This document shows positions 24,908 through 35,100 of a DNA stretch of 64,000 nt, in pieces (the stretch's first letter is position 1; each line of letters starts with the position of its first letter). The notes under the pieces were generated by a model. The model searched no databases, was not told the DNA's origin, and worked only from the letters and a program-made list of their open reading frames with translations. The stretch is from Zygnema circumcarinatum SAG 698-1b (taxonomy: Eukaryota > Plantae > Zygnematophyceae): NCBI GenBank assembly GCA_037447605.1, contig CM074808.1, positions 2,790,001-2,854,000 of the forward strand. Reading direction: 5' to 3'. The position numbers and the translations under genes were made by a program.

Positions 24908-25459
24908 AGGGAGCGAGGCTTGCGTACGTGCAAGCGGACCCTCCGGTCGATCGAAAATACCAGGACCCAAAAGGCGATGACATACAGAAAACAAATGCTC
25001 ATCGAAAGATTGCAATGACTCAAGGAAAGCAGGGTTAGGAGGGAGAGTTCGCAAAAGGTATGACGGACGCAAAGCAAAACAACGAGTAAGCAAAGAAAAA
25101 GCCACCTGAGCCACCTTTTAAAGTGGTTGCAAAGGTCTTTCATCGATAATGATTGCCTTTTGCGATCATTGTAAGTGCAATCAATGCCTATTCATTGTAC
25201 GGTTTTTATGCAAGAAAGTGCTTTTTTCAGGGCTTAAATGGGTCTTGAGGGTTTTGACCTTTTTTTGGTAAAATAAAATCTTTTCGACAGAAAATGGTGT
25301 GTCCCGATCCAAAATTGGTGTGAAAAAAGCATTTTCCCTTTTTAATCCTTTTTTGTCGATTTTAAAATATGCACGGCAAAAAAAGGAGTGTATCGATCGC
25401 AACAAGTAGTGGATATATCAGTTTCCTATATGTATATTTATAGTGAACGCGTGTTCCAT

Positions 25460-25620
25460 TTTCGCCCATTCTTTTCGTGGCACATAGACTCCGTCGACTA
25501 TGTGTCGGTAGTCGTACTGTCGGACACGACGGCCATGGAAGGCGGTGAGTTGCGATTGGTTACTGGGTCCGAAAGGTCCAATTGGTGGAGGCAGGGCGAG
25601 GGGAGGTGGAACCCGACCAG
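25460..25620 (+). pseudogene. Fragment of an Fe(II)/2-oxoglutarate dioxygenase-like coding sequence
   Basis: Translates as RPFFSWHIDSVDYVSVVVLSDTTAMEGGEL (HxD iron ligands, hydrophobic strand, GGEL motif). The frame stops soon after, and no start or upstream exon was found. Confidence 0.5.
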
Positions 25621-26508
25621 GTGAAAATTATCGAAAACATTCCCTTATCGTTATCACATGGCGACCAGTGTTTCAGCAGATACCCATCCACTCTTGTTGA
25701 ATGTGGCGACGACTGCAATGCGCTTTCTTGTTCGAAAACCCTAAAACCCCTATTTTTTTTTTGCTTTTGTTGTCTACTGGCAGGTGCTATCGATTTGTAC
25801 TGCAGCTGACCTATCCAGGCTTCAAGATAAAGCCACATTCTACCTGCGATAGAGACACGTTGCATTTTTTATAAAGTCATGTAACAAACCTTCGATAAAG
25901 CCCATTGCTTGTTCTCAGAGTTACACTCCACAAAATTGGCAGCGAGCCGTCCCACCAAACGCAAAAGGTGATCGGTCCCACGACAACAACAAGAGACATT
26001 GGTATCATCAGGACAGATACCGACATATATAAGCCCAACAAGACGAAGGTAAATGACTGGGCACACAAAAAAGCAACGGTCTTTTGACCGTGCGTGGATA
26101 CATTTCTCACCAATGGAAAAAATGGAGAAGGCGTGGCATCACTACCAAACTACTATAAAGCCTAAAAGCCCGGAAAGGACCGAGTCCTCAATCCGCGATT
26201 ACTTTGGACTGCTCATGTAGTGCTCGCAAATGGCTGATTTTCAACACCAGCGATCACTGCAAGACCCAATCTCCTAATGGTAACTGCTTCAAACTTTCTA
26301 GACGGGTTATTTCAGAGTGCAGTCAGCCACGGCCCGCCTACAGCGCGGCGGGACTGACCAGGTACATTGAATCTACACGGCACTCATCAGCGCTACCCCC
26401 TGGGTGGCTGTAATTGGCTAAACGCACAGCATACCTTACAACGTATGAATCTAAATACAGTCTCAGGTGGTGAAGGCATTCCGTGTGATCAGAAAGTTGT
26501 CAATCTGT

Positions 26509-29500
26509 TCACATGGCCTGCAGGACCAAAGCTGCGCTGATATCCGAGTCGTCGGGAGGAGGGCAGACCTGACGATGTTCAGCACCTGCAATCAATCGCA
26601 TGAATCGAGCCACGAAAGGGCAAGAAGATCTGTCAACGCTTCGAAATGGAAAGACAGAGAAACTGCACATTGCGCAATTACTATCCAAAAAAAGGTTGGA
26701 CGGCAAAAAGGGTCTCGCTTATTATTGTGAAGGATGCAGGTGCACGATCCCAGAATAGTAAACCGTTTTTTTCTCTGCCTTTCCACGGTGAAAGAAAATT
26801 CTGTTTGCCATACCTTTAGACATGTCTTCAGACTCCTTGTGTTGCAGTTCGACCCCAAACCTGTGCCCTTTATCTCCTGTTTCTGTATGCAGTCGTACTT
26901 TGTCGGGGCCTTTCATATGCTCCTCGAGACAAAGTTTTTTATTGCTATCCAAATCCGACTCCTTTTCTTCTCTTCTACTTAGATCCACTTCAAAAATTAC
27001 ACGTTTGTAATCCGCATCACAAGGCTCTGAGGCAGAACCTCCAGCATCCCTTTCAATGACCTCATTCTGATCCCTTTCGCCAATGCCTCCAATACTTGCA
27101 TTCGGATTTCCGAGAGTGGAGACCTCGCTCACTTCTCCACTATGCCCATTGACTTCCCCTTTTGAAGGAAGTCCACACTCTAAATACATCCACTCTGCTG
27201 CATCACCCTCTCCCACTCTTCCCCTCTCTAGCCCTCCTCCCTCTGCCCTTGCAGCCGTCCTTATACCTCCATCCTCTCTACATCCTTCAGCCCCATCCAG
27301 CAGCTTCTCAATTTTCAGCCCAAATCCAGAATTATTTTCCTCACTGAGATTTTTCGGCACTTGGGCTGAATGAAATACTCCTCCTTCATCATCTGAAGGT
27401 TGTGTTGTCCTCTTCGGCCTTTCAGCCCCTCCCCCGGCGGCGCTATTCCCCGTCCCGCCAACTTGTGGGAGGCTCCCAACGACTTCGCAGGGACTGCCAA
27501 TGGGAGGGACTGCCTGCTCTTCTTGGCACTTGTTTGCCGCTGCACCTTCTTGTTCTGTCCCATATGCAAAACCAGTGTTTCCGGGTATTCCCTCCTTCCC
27601 ACCCTCCCTGCCATGTAGCCCACAATCTCCTCCTTCTGCATGCACATTTAAGCCCCACGATGTGGTGTTCTTAACCAACAGATCACCTCCTAAGCCTCCG
27701 TTTGCTACTTGAACAGCTTCATCTGTCTGAATACCTGCACTGTGGCTATTTTGCATCATCATTTGGAACTGCTGCAAGCCCACGCGTCCCCACGAGTTCC
27801 TCCAGAGCTCCACCTGCCCTCTCGTATCTTCTATCTCGCAATTCTCATCCTCATATTCATCATCATCATAATAATCTTCTCCATCAGCACTATCATCATC
27901 ATCGTCATCGTCATCATCATCATCATCAACATAATCCTCCTCCTCATCCTCGACCTCCTCTTCACCCCCCTCTCCTGCCTTAGACCCCTCGCCATCTCCC
28001 CCATAGCGGCCGTCTTCCTGGCCATTCTGCCGCGATCTCGCCATCCTCCCCTCCCACAATTTCCTCCTTTTGTTTGCCGGCATCCACCGCACTTGCTCTC
28101 CATTCTGTTCGACTCTACCCAGCCACAGCTCTCCCCTCTCTCTGAAAGGCAACCCATCGCCTCCTCCTGTACACTCGTCCTCTCTCTCGGCCTCTCTTGC
28201 TGCAAAACTCTCTGTCTCATACCTCCCAGCTTCATTCTCAGTGTCCACCCCTCCCTCCCCGGACTCTTTCCATCCAGTCGAGATCGCTCCCACTATCGCA
28301 GCAGGAGCAGGCGGCCCCTCCCCCCCTCCTTCCAGGGCTCTCGGCCGCTTCCACCCGTTCTGCCCTTCTGCCGGTAGCGATACTTCCCTTGTCCTAGGTC
28401 GCTTTTCTCCCAGTGGCGGCTTGCCACGTGTCCGATCCCTGTTGTTCATTGACTGCGGCAACACTTTGTTTGCAGTGTCACGAGCACGCCTCTCCACCTC
28501 CTCGTCTTCCTCAGGAGGTTTCAGCAGAACTTCCCACAGCCCAGGGGGGTAGTCGGACAGCGGAAAGTTGGTAGCCACATCCTTCCCGCGGTATTGGAGA
28601 GCCGCGCGGTCGTAGGCTCGGGCTGCCTCCTCCTCTGCAAAGAGGGGAATGCAAGAGTTTGGAAGGGTTCAGAATCACAAAGACAGAACAGAAGCAGAAA
28701 GTTTGGGGGAGAGCAGGTATCACTTGGCACTCTTGCTAGACCTCTGACAACTGAAAGGAGCGAAACCTATGGAGGACTAAAGTGGCACAGTCGTGGATGA
28801 CGAAAGTTTCAAACTAAGTTTGAAAAGACTTGCCTATATTGTACAGGAGCTCAAAAACATCTCCATTAAACAAAGGACAGGCAAGTGTGGACAGGGGATT
28901 CCGATTTGGATTTCCCTTCCTAGTTCTCACCGTTGTTCTGTTGTCTATTAGTCTATACACTTTTTCGCACACACAACTTGTTTTGGTGCAGGTGAACCTT
29001 GAGACAGCTTTGCACTCAATTTAACTCAGAACTGAATTCGTCGTATACGCCAATATCTTTACGAGCATGTTCGATTTCATCCAATTGGCAGCATTCCAAG
29101 AAGGTGAAGTTACCAGCTGTGCAGTGAAGGAGACGGAAAGAGATATGGGGTTTGCAGAGTTCGGTTACAAGTCTGACAGTGCAGAGAGTTCGGCCTTACA
29201 GGACAAGAACGAGGAAGGCTGAGGCACATACCGCTGTCATAGTACCCCAAATGAATGTCTCTCCGTGACTCCTTGATGCGTGCCTGCCATCTTCCGTGGT
29301 GCCGAGTGATGCCGCGAAATCGAGATCCTTTCATCAGCCTTTTGCTCTGCCGGCGGCTGTCAGAAATTTGAGACCGATCCGGAAAACCTCGTCCAGCTCC
29401 CCTCGGGGATGGAGGCCCTCCACCTGCGCATTCAAACCGCAGGAAGACCGGCCATCGGCATTCAAGGAATCCCTAACTTATCAGTGAATGGCCAGCAGCG

Positions 29501-31051
29501 GAAGCCCTCTAGCATGTTTAATTGTTCCATTCACAACAGGAGCCCATCCAAAAGCCTAAAACTAATTCCCACCTGGAAAGCTGGGTTGCAGCAGCGGCCG
29601 AAACACTCCATAGCGAGGTGCAAGGAGTAGAGGTTGGCCCGATGGTTGCGCCGGAGCTGAGCCTCTCAACTGAAGCTCTGCAGGCTGCGAGAAGCCCCGC
29701 CTTATCTCTCTGCCTCCTGCCCCTATCTCCTCTCCTCCTCCATGAAAACTACTCCGGTGACTACCCTCTGCGCTCAGCAAGGGCTCTTGCCTCCCTGCAA
29801 ACCCGAAATTTCCATTCGGAACAAAGGCAGAGTTGCTAGATCTGCTGTTGTCTGAGGCGGGCCGCAGGGCTATGGCTCTCGGCAGCGAAGCTTTTGCTTT
29901 TGAATTCCCTCCAGGGGTCAGTTGAGGCCCTGCATCACCTCCGAGCCCATACCCAGGCTATCTTTTGAGAGCAGGAGGTGCAAGAAAGCAATAGGTGCAT
30001 GGCTGCCTGGTGGCTCCAACACGGGGGCATAGAATTAGAGTCGGGGTGGAGGAACAGAATGAGGCATACCTGGAGGGATGGAGGGGGTCATGTCGTAAGG
30101 GATGGGAGGAGTTGCGGGATGGGGAAGGTGGTAGGAGACACTTGATGGAAGAGAAGGCGAGCTTAACAATAAGTGGTGGGGCCGAGTACAACGGCCGCAA
30201 TGCAGAAATTGGGAGGATTCAGCTGCCGAAGGCTCCTTGTCTTCAAAATCCCGCGCAGACAAGCTGTACTGGGGAGCGTTTCCATGCAACAAAGTGTGGT
30301 CAAAGTTTGCTGCAGCGCCATCTGCCAGAAGGGAAATAGGTCTCTGCGGGACCCTCGAAGCAGATCCAGCGTTGGTCGGATCTCCCGCCCATCCGGCCGG
30401 CCCCGCTGCCTTGTACGGCTCAGCACTGGCCTCCTTTGGCTGCGCTGATTGCTTTAGCTCGACTCCTTCCAAGGCACTGCTGCTGTTGGTGTATCCGTCC
30501 GTTTTGAAATTAGTCGCAGCATCAGGACCACGGAACTTTATGAGCGCCCTGTCGTAAGCCTGTGCAGCTTCTTTTTCTGTAGGCGAAACGCACACGACCA
30601 ACCAAAACTCAAAACTAAACAAAACATTCAAAACTCTGTTCCAAAGCCCATTCTTCCCTTCTGCCCAACTGAGCCTGCACAACACAATCCTGCACAGTGC
30701 AGATCAGTCCCTGCGAGAATGTTCCAATCGGACCGAGTATCCTGCGCTGGTCTGTCCCTGCAAGAACAAGCACAGTCCCTGCAGGGCCAGTCCCTGCACT
30801 AGCCGCGGCGGGCAGCGGCGGGCCCCCTCACCGGAGTCGAAGTAGCCGAGGTGCAGGTCCCTGCGCGCGACTTTGATGCGCGCCTGCCACTTCCCGTGGT
30901 GCGCCGTCACCCCGCGGTACCGCGCCGCCCGCCCGCCCTCCGCCGGCCCCCACGCGCCGCTCCGCAGCATGCCCACCCACCCTACCACGCCATGCCCTGC
31001 CCCGCCCTCACACGCCACTTGGCGTCTCAGCAGGCCCGCCCCGGGCGCCAT
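26509..31051 (-). CDS. AP2/ERF-superfamily transcription factor with two AP2 domains and a long acidic C-terminal region, ~1057 aa
   Basis: Exons (minus): 31051-30832, 30576-30070, 29929-29573, 29423-29232, 28634-26814, 26585-26509 (3174 nt, phases compatible). Domains: RYRGVTAHHGKWQARIKVARRDLHLGYFDS/EKEAAQAYDRALIKFRGPDAATNF and RFRGITRHHGRWQARIKESRRDIHLGYYDS/EEEAARAYDRAALQYRGKDVATNF. The start codon and linker exons are less certain. Confidence 0.8.
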
Positions 31052-31178
31052 GGAAGCACGCCTGCCGGCGGAGAGGCCGCGGGAAGACGCCCACCGGCAG
31101 CCATGGCTGCCTGCCCTCCCCGCACTCCCGCGCCCCCCCCGCACGGACTGAGCTTTCTTTTTGATTCCATGGTCAGCG

Positions 31179-31236
31179 GTACGAATTTGTACGAATTTGT
31201 ACGAAAGCTTCGAAATTTTCCGTACCTAACCGTACC
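31179..31236. promoter_or_regulatory. SBP-box (SPL/CRR1) type binding sites upstream of the AP2 gene
   Basis: (GTACGAATTT)x2 plus GTACGAA gives TTGTACGAA at 31187-31195 and 31197-31205, matching the reverse complement of TNCGTACAA. Two further CCGTAC follow. Confidence 0.5.
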
Positions 31237-32871
31237 GACGTCCGTGCGGTCACCAATACAGTATGGAGCTGGAAGCGGTTGAGAAACCGGCCGGCCGCTG
31301 CCGGCCGACAGATCTGGCCGACTAGTCGTTTTTTTGCCGGTCGAGTGCGGCTGAGCTGCTTGGTCGGCACCGCTGCCTGGAAACGCGAGCCGTCCGATTG
31401 ACCGGAAGGCCTGATCGGACGGTGGTCCACCCACGCTGTGAGCCAAAAATTTGCTCTCGGTGAAAGCCGGGCGACATCGCGCAACGGCGAGACCTGGCCT
31501 GACGCTTCAGGGCGGGCCAGTCGTGCGGAAATCGACCGGAAGAAGTGCTGAAGATGTTTGAATACCGAAATCTTACGAACGAAAACGTTTCGGAGGTACT
31601 CCGCCGCAGAAAAATCACGCTCCCCAGAGTACTCGTTCTGGTTTCTAAATTACGAGCAACTTTTACGTCTGACACCCCGTATTCCCAAAGTACTCGATTT
31701 AGATCTGACTTATGGAAGTTTTCTTCCGTACTACTGATGATTTTTAGGTCTGACATGTCCTAACTGTGACAGAATCAAGACAGAATCTATAAAACTTGAC
31801 AAAATCTCGCTAGTTCAAAGGGCGCTGTCAGTCGGGAAGGACTCGCCATAGGGCTGGACAAACTTGGGAGACCGGACGGGTTTTACCAGAAGAGATTTTC
31901 AGCATTAGTACTCTTTAGGTCGCCTTTATTTCTATATAATGAGAAATAGAGGTACGTATTCTAAAAACATGCGAAATTAGTGACCTGCCACGTGCTGGCG
32001 GCGATCGCGTCATATGATCATATCCCATCGACAGACCGCACGTGCAATTGTACGGATCCCGCCACACCCAAGGACCGCCGATCCAGCGGCGTGTTTGTCG
32101 CGTAGCGGCGGCGGCCGTGGGGCCCCTCCCGGGGCGGGCCGTGAATGCTGCAGTGAACCTCCGTCCCCACTCCTCAACCCGCCCGCCTCTCTCTCGCTAC
32201 CTCTCCCTCGTCCTCTCCCCTCCCCCTCTCCCTCTCCCTCTCCCTCTCCCTCTCCCTCTCTCTCCGTACGTTTCTAGTTATTCCGGAAAATGTGAAGGAT
32301 CGATATTGCTGCTGTTGTCGTTCAAGCTGAAACTCCGCGCGTATCGACCTTCACACCGGCGGCTGCATGGCCAGCCCTTCGCCGCCATCGCCCTCGCTGG
32401 CAGCCACTTTCGGAAGCCTTCGCTTGCGCCTGTCAGACGCGGACCTTCATCCTACACCTCTAAAATCAACAAAGCCTGGTGGATATTAAAACCCTAATAC
32501 CGTACAAACCTCAGCCTTGAACTTCGTCAGCAAGCTCGTCCAGATGCTCCTCTCTGAGGGTTCAAGGTTTCTAGGGTTTCTAATTCTCTAGAGATAGCTG
32601 GGTTTCATTCACGGCCCTGTCCGGTTGGAGGTTCGCTTGAATGTCAACTGGGCCGTGCATATTCTTATGCTCGAGATGGGGTTACTCATGTAATAACAAA
32701 GAAGAAGTCTACCTGCCTTGACTCCTTTGAGCTCCGATTATTTGGGGTTTTTTTAGGGTCGTAGTGCCTCCGGGGTTGCGGTGAATATTGGGGCTCTGAG
32801 GTCTGATGGGGGCGGCAAAGCTTCGAGGGCAATTGCACGCAGTGCGGTCACCTCGGGTCGAGAGTACTAAT

Positions 32872-33319
32872 CATAGTGCGACACATATGTCATAGTGCGA
32901 CACACACATCATAGTGCGACACACACGTCATAGTGCGACACACACGTCATAGTGCGACACACACATCATAGTGCGACACACACGTCATAGTGCGACACAC
33001 ACGTCATAGTGCGACAAACACGGCATAGTGCGACAAACACGGCATAGTGCGACACACACGTCATAGTGCGACACACACGTCATAGTGCGACACACACGGC
33101 ATAGTGCGACACACACGGCATAGTGCGACACACACGTCATAGTGCGACACACACGTCATAGTGCGACACACACATCATAGTGCGACACACACGTCATAGT
33201 GCGACACACACGTCGTAGTGCGACACACACGGCATAGTGCGACATACACGTCATAGTGCGACACACACTTCATAGTGCGACACACACTTCATAGTGCGAC
33301 ACACACGGAATAGTGCGAC
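32872..33319 (+). repeat. 19-bp minisatellite CATAGTGCGACACACACGT, 23 full units plus a partial 24th
   Basis: Exact 19-bp register from 32872 to 33309 ((33309-32872)/19=23), no indels. Substitutions fall mostly in the last bases of the unit. Confidence 0.95.
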
Positions 33320-33775
33320 GCCGCATGCGGTCATTGCGGTGCGAGGCAAAACGAGAGGTCCTCTTGGCTCCAGGACGAAGGGAGGCTGATTAGAGATAGG
33401 GAGGAGGGAGGATAGGAGCTTCCCTCGATGTGCTTAGTGTAATCTAGTTATGACCTATTGTTTGATTTTTATATACTGCCAAATAGTTCAGGTGTGCCTC
33501 GAGTGAAGGGCATAGTTTTCTGGTAGTAGACTCCACCCTTTCTGCAGTTCTTGACCTAATTTATCGTTGGTTAGTCTGTCCTCGCTTTCCGTGCGGGCCT
33601 CCCTTTGTTTCCTGCTATTGCTGTGCGTCTGCTGCGTCTCATCATCATCGTCATCTTCGAGCTCCCTTGTAGCAGTGTCATTTCGCTTCTAGATTTGTTT
33701 TGAGACCAGTACGTTTCATTGCACTCTTACTACTGTCTTTCCGCGGAAAATGGCAAATTGAAATTGTGATTGGAC

Positions 33776-34250
33776 AGAGAAAGAGAGAGAAAGAGGGAGA
33801 GGGTCAGGGTGGGGGGGCGGGAGGGGGAGGGGGAGATGGGGGGAGAGGGAGAGGGAGAAAGAGAGGGGCAGGGGTGGGGGGCGGGAGGGGGAGGGGCAGA
33901 AGGGGGGAGAGGGAGAGGGAGAAAGAGAGGGGCAGGGTGGTGGGGCGGGAGGGGGAGGGGGAGAAGGGGGGAGAGGGAGAGGAAGAAAGAGAGGAGCAGG
34001 GTGGTGGGGCGGGAGGGGGGGGCAGAAGGGGGGAGAGGGAGAGGGAGAAAGAGAGGGGCAGGGTGGGGGGGCGGGAGGGGGAGGGCGAGGGGGAGGGGGA
34101 GGGGGAGGGGGAGAAGGGGGGAGAGGGAGAGAGAGAAAGAGAGGGGCAGGCTGGGGGGCCGGGAGGGGGAGGGGGAGAAGGTGGGAGAGGTTGAGGGAGA
34201 GAGAAGAGGGGGAGGGGCAAGGTGGGGGGACGGGAGGAGGAGAACGGGGA
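33776..34250 (+). repeat. Purine-rich minisatellite, ~7 degenerate units of ~64 bp
   Basis: Recurring unit approximately cgggagggggagggggagaaggggggagagggagagggagaaagagaggggcagggtgggggg. Confidence 0.85.
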
Positions 34251-34285
34251 AGAAATCTCTGAGTTAACCATTTGAAGTTCACTGA

Positions 34286-35100
34286 CTAAAACACGCCATC
34301 GTTTTTCAAAATTCCATACAACCTCTCCGCACACATTCGAGCTCTGCTATTATAAACATTGAATGATCGTTGCAATTCTCCAATGAAGTTGCCGGCAAAA
34401 AGCCTTGTCAGACCTTTTCGTAGAGGGTAACCTACATCACCAATGATAAGGTGAGAGGCCCACGCCTTCCACTTTCTCAAGGCTCCCTTGCGAGCCTCCT
34501 CCGTATGAGATCCTTTTTCTTCTTCTTCTTCTTCTTCTTCTTCTTCTTCTTCTTCTGCTTTTTCTTTTGTTCTGTTCTGTTCTGTTCTTCTGTTCTGCAT
34601 TATGGACAGAGTCTGGCCGTCCAACGTTGACATCTAGTATCTTAGTGTCAAGACTCCCCACTATTTGCATGATCATGCTGTACCTATGCTTCCTACCATA
34701 CCAGTCCTTATCCCATAACCCTGGCCCTAACTTAATGTTGATGAGGGTTGCATCAATAGCTCCGTAACAACTCACAAACCACCACCGCTCCTTACTAAAG
34801 TCTTCTGCACTTGGCCAGGCCATAAATCTAGGACTCAAAATAGACTTTGCAGCTTTACAAAAGAGTTTCTGCTTATGCCTTACAGTCAGTGCCCTCCCTC
34901 CAAGTACTGCACTTGTGAGATGTGAAGGTCCCCGAGGGCTACCCTATGCAGAGACATCTCTATCTGCCCACGGACTTGAAGGAGACGGCTTGGAATTCTA
35001 AGGAAAGCCGTGGGAGGATTTGTCTCTAAAGCATCATATAAATCTTTGGTGAACTTAGAAAAAACGAGTGGCCTGGTAAGTCTAAACTTTCTTGCGTATT
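34286..35100 (-). pseudogene. Decayed PIF/Harbinger (DDE_Tnp_4-type) transposase
   Basis: Across stops and frameshifts: ARKFRLTR, FCKAAKSILSPRFMAWP, GAIDATLINIK, WYGRKHRYSMIMQIVGSLDTKILDVNVGRPDSVHNA, LIIGDVGYPL, FNVYNSRARMCAERLYGILK. These match the D, D and E catalytic motif neighbourhoods of Harbinger transposases. Confidence 0.88.
34517..34596 (+). repeat. (TTC)13 plus (GTTCT)n compound microsatellite inside the transposase remnant
   Basis: Read directly from the sequence. Confidence 0.9.

Larger units (their letters stand above)
23358..25447. mobile_element. ~2.1-kb non-autonomous element bounded by ~285-bp imperfect inverted repeats (Mutator/foldback-like)
   Basis: 23358-23640 aligns with the reverse complement of ~25160-25447; e.g. 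ttggatcgagacacacctttttccgtcgaaaag vs cttttcgacagaaaatggtgtgtcccgatccaa, and gaataggcattgcacttacaatg vs cattgtaagtgcaatcaatgcctattc. No TSD or transposase seen. Confidence 0.7.

Noticed and set aside
27083-28552. Plus-strand ORFs of 60-222 aa
   Set aside because: Antisense shadows of the long low-complexity AP2 exon.
31322-31763. 144-aa and 72-aa ORFs; sequence vaguely like a gypsy LTR fragment
   Set aside because: No domain, no paired LTR, no PBS or PPT. Cannot be supported without a repeat-library search.
31849-31862. TAGGGCTGGACAAA resembling a hAT terminal repeat
   Set aside because: No matching inverted partner or TSD found.
32872-33319. 19-bp array as a CRISPR or TIGR-like guide array
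   Set aside because: Units are contiguous near-identical copies with no unique spacers, and no Cas or Nop-domain gene is nearby. It is a minisatellite.
33700-34334. Four 164-188-aa Gly/Glu/Arg or Pro/Ser/Leu ORFs
   Set aside because: Artefacts of the stop-free purine minisatellite.
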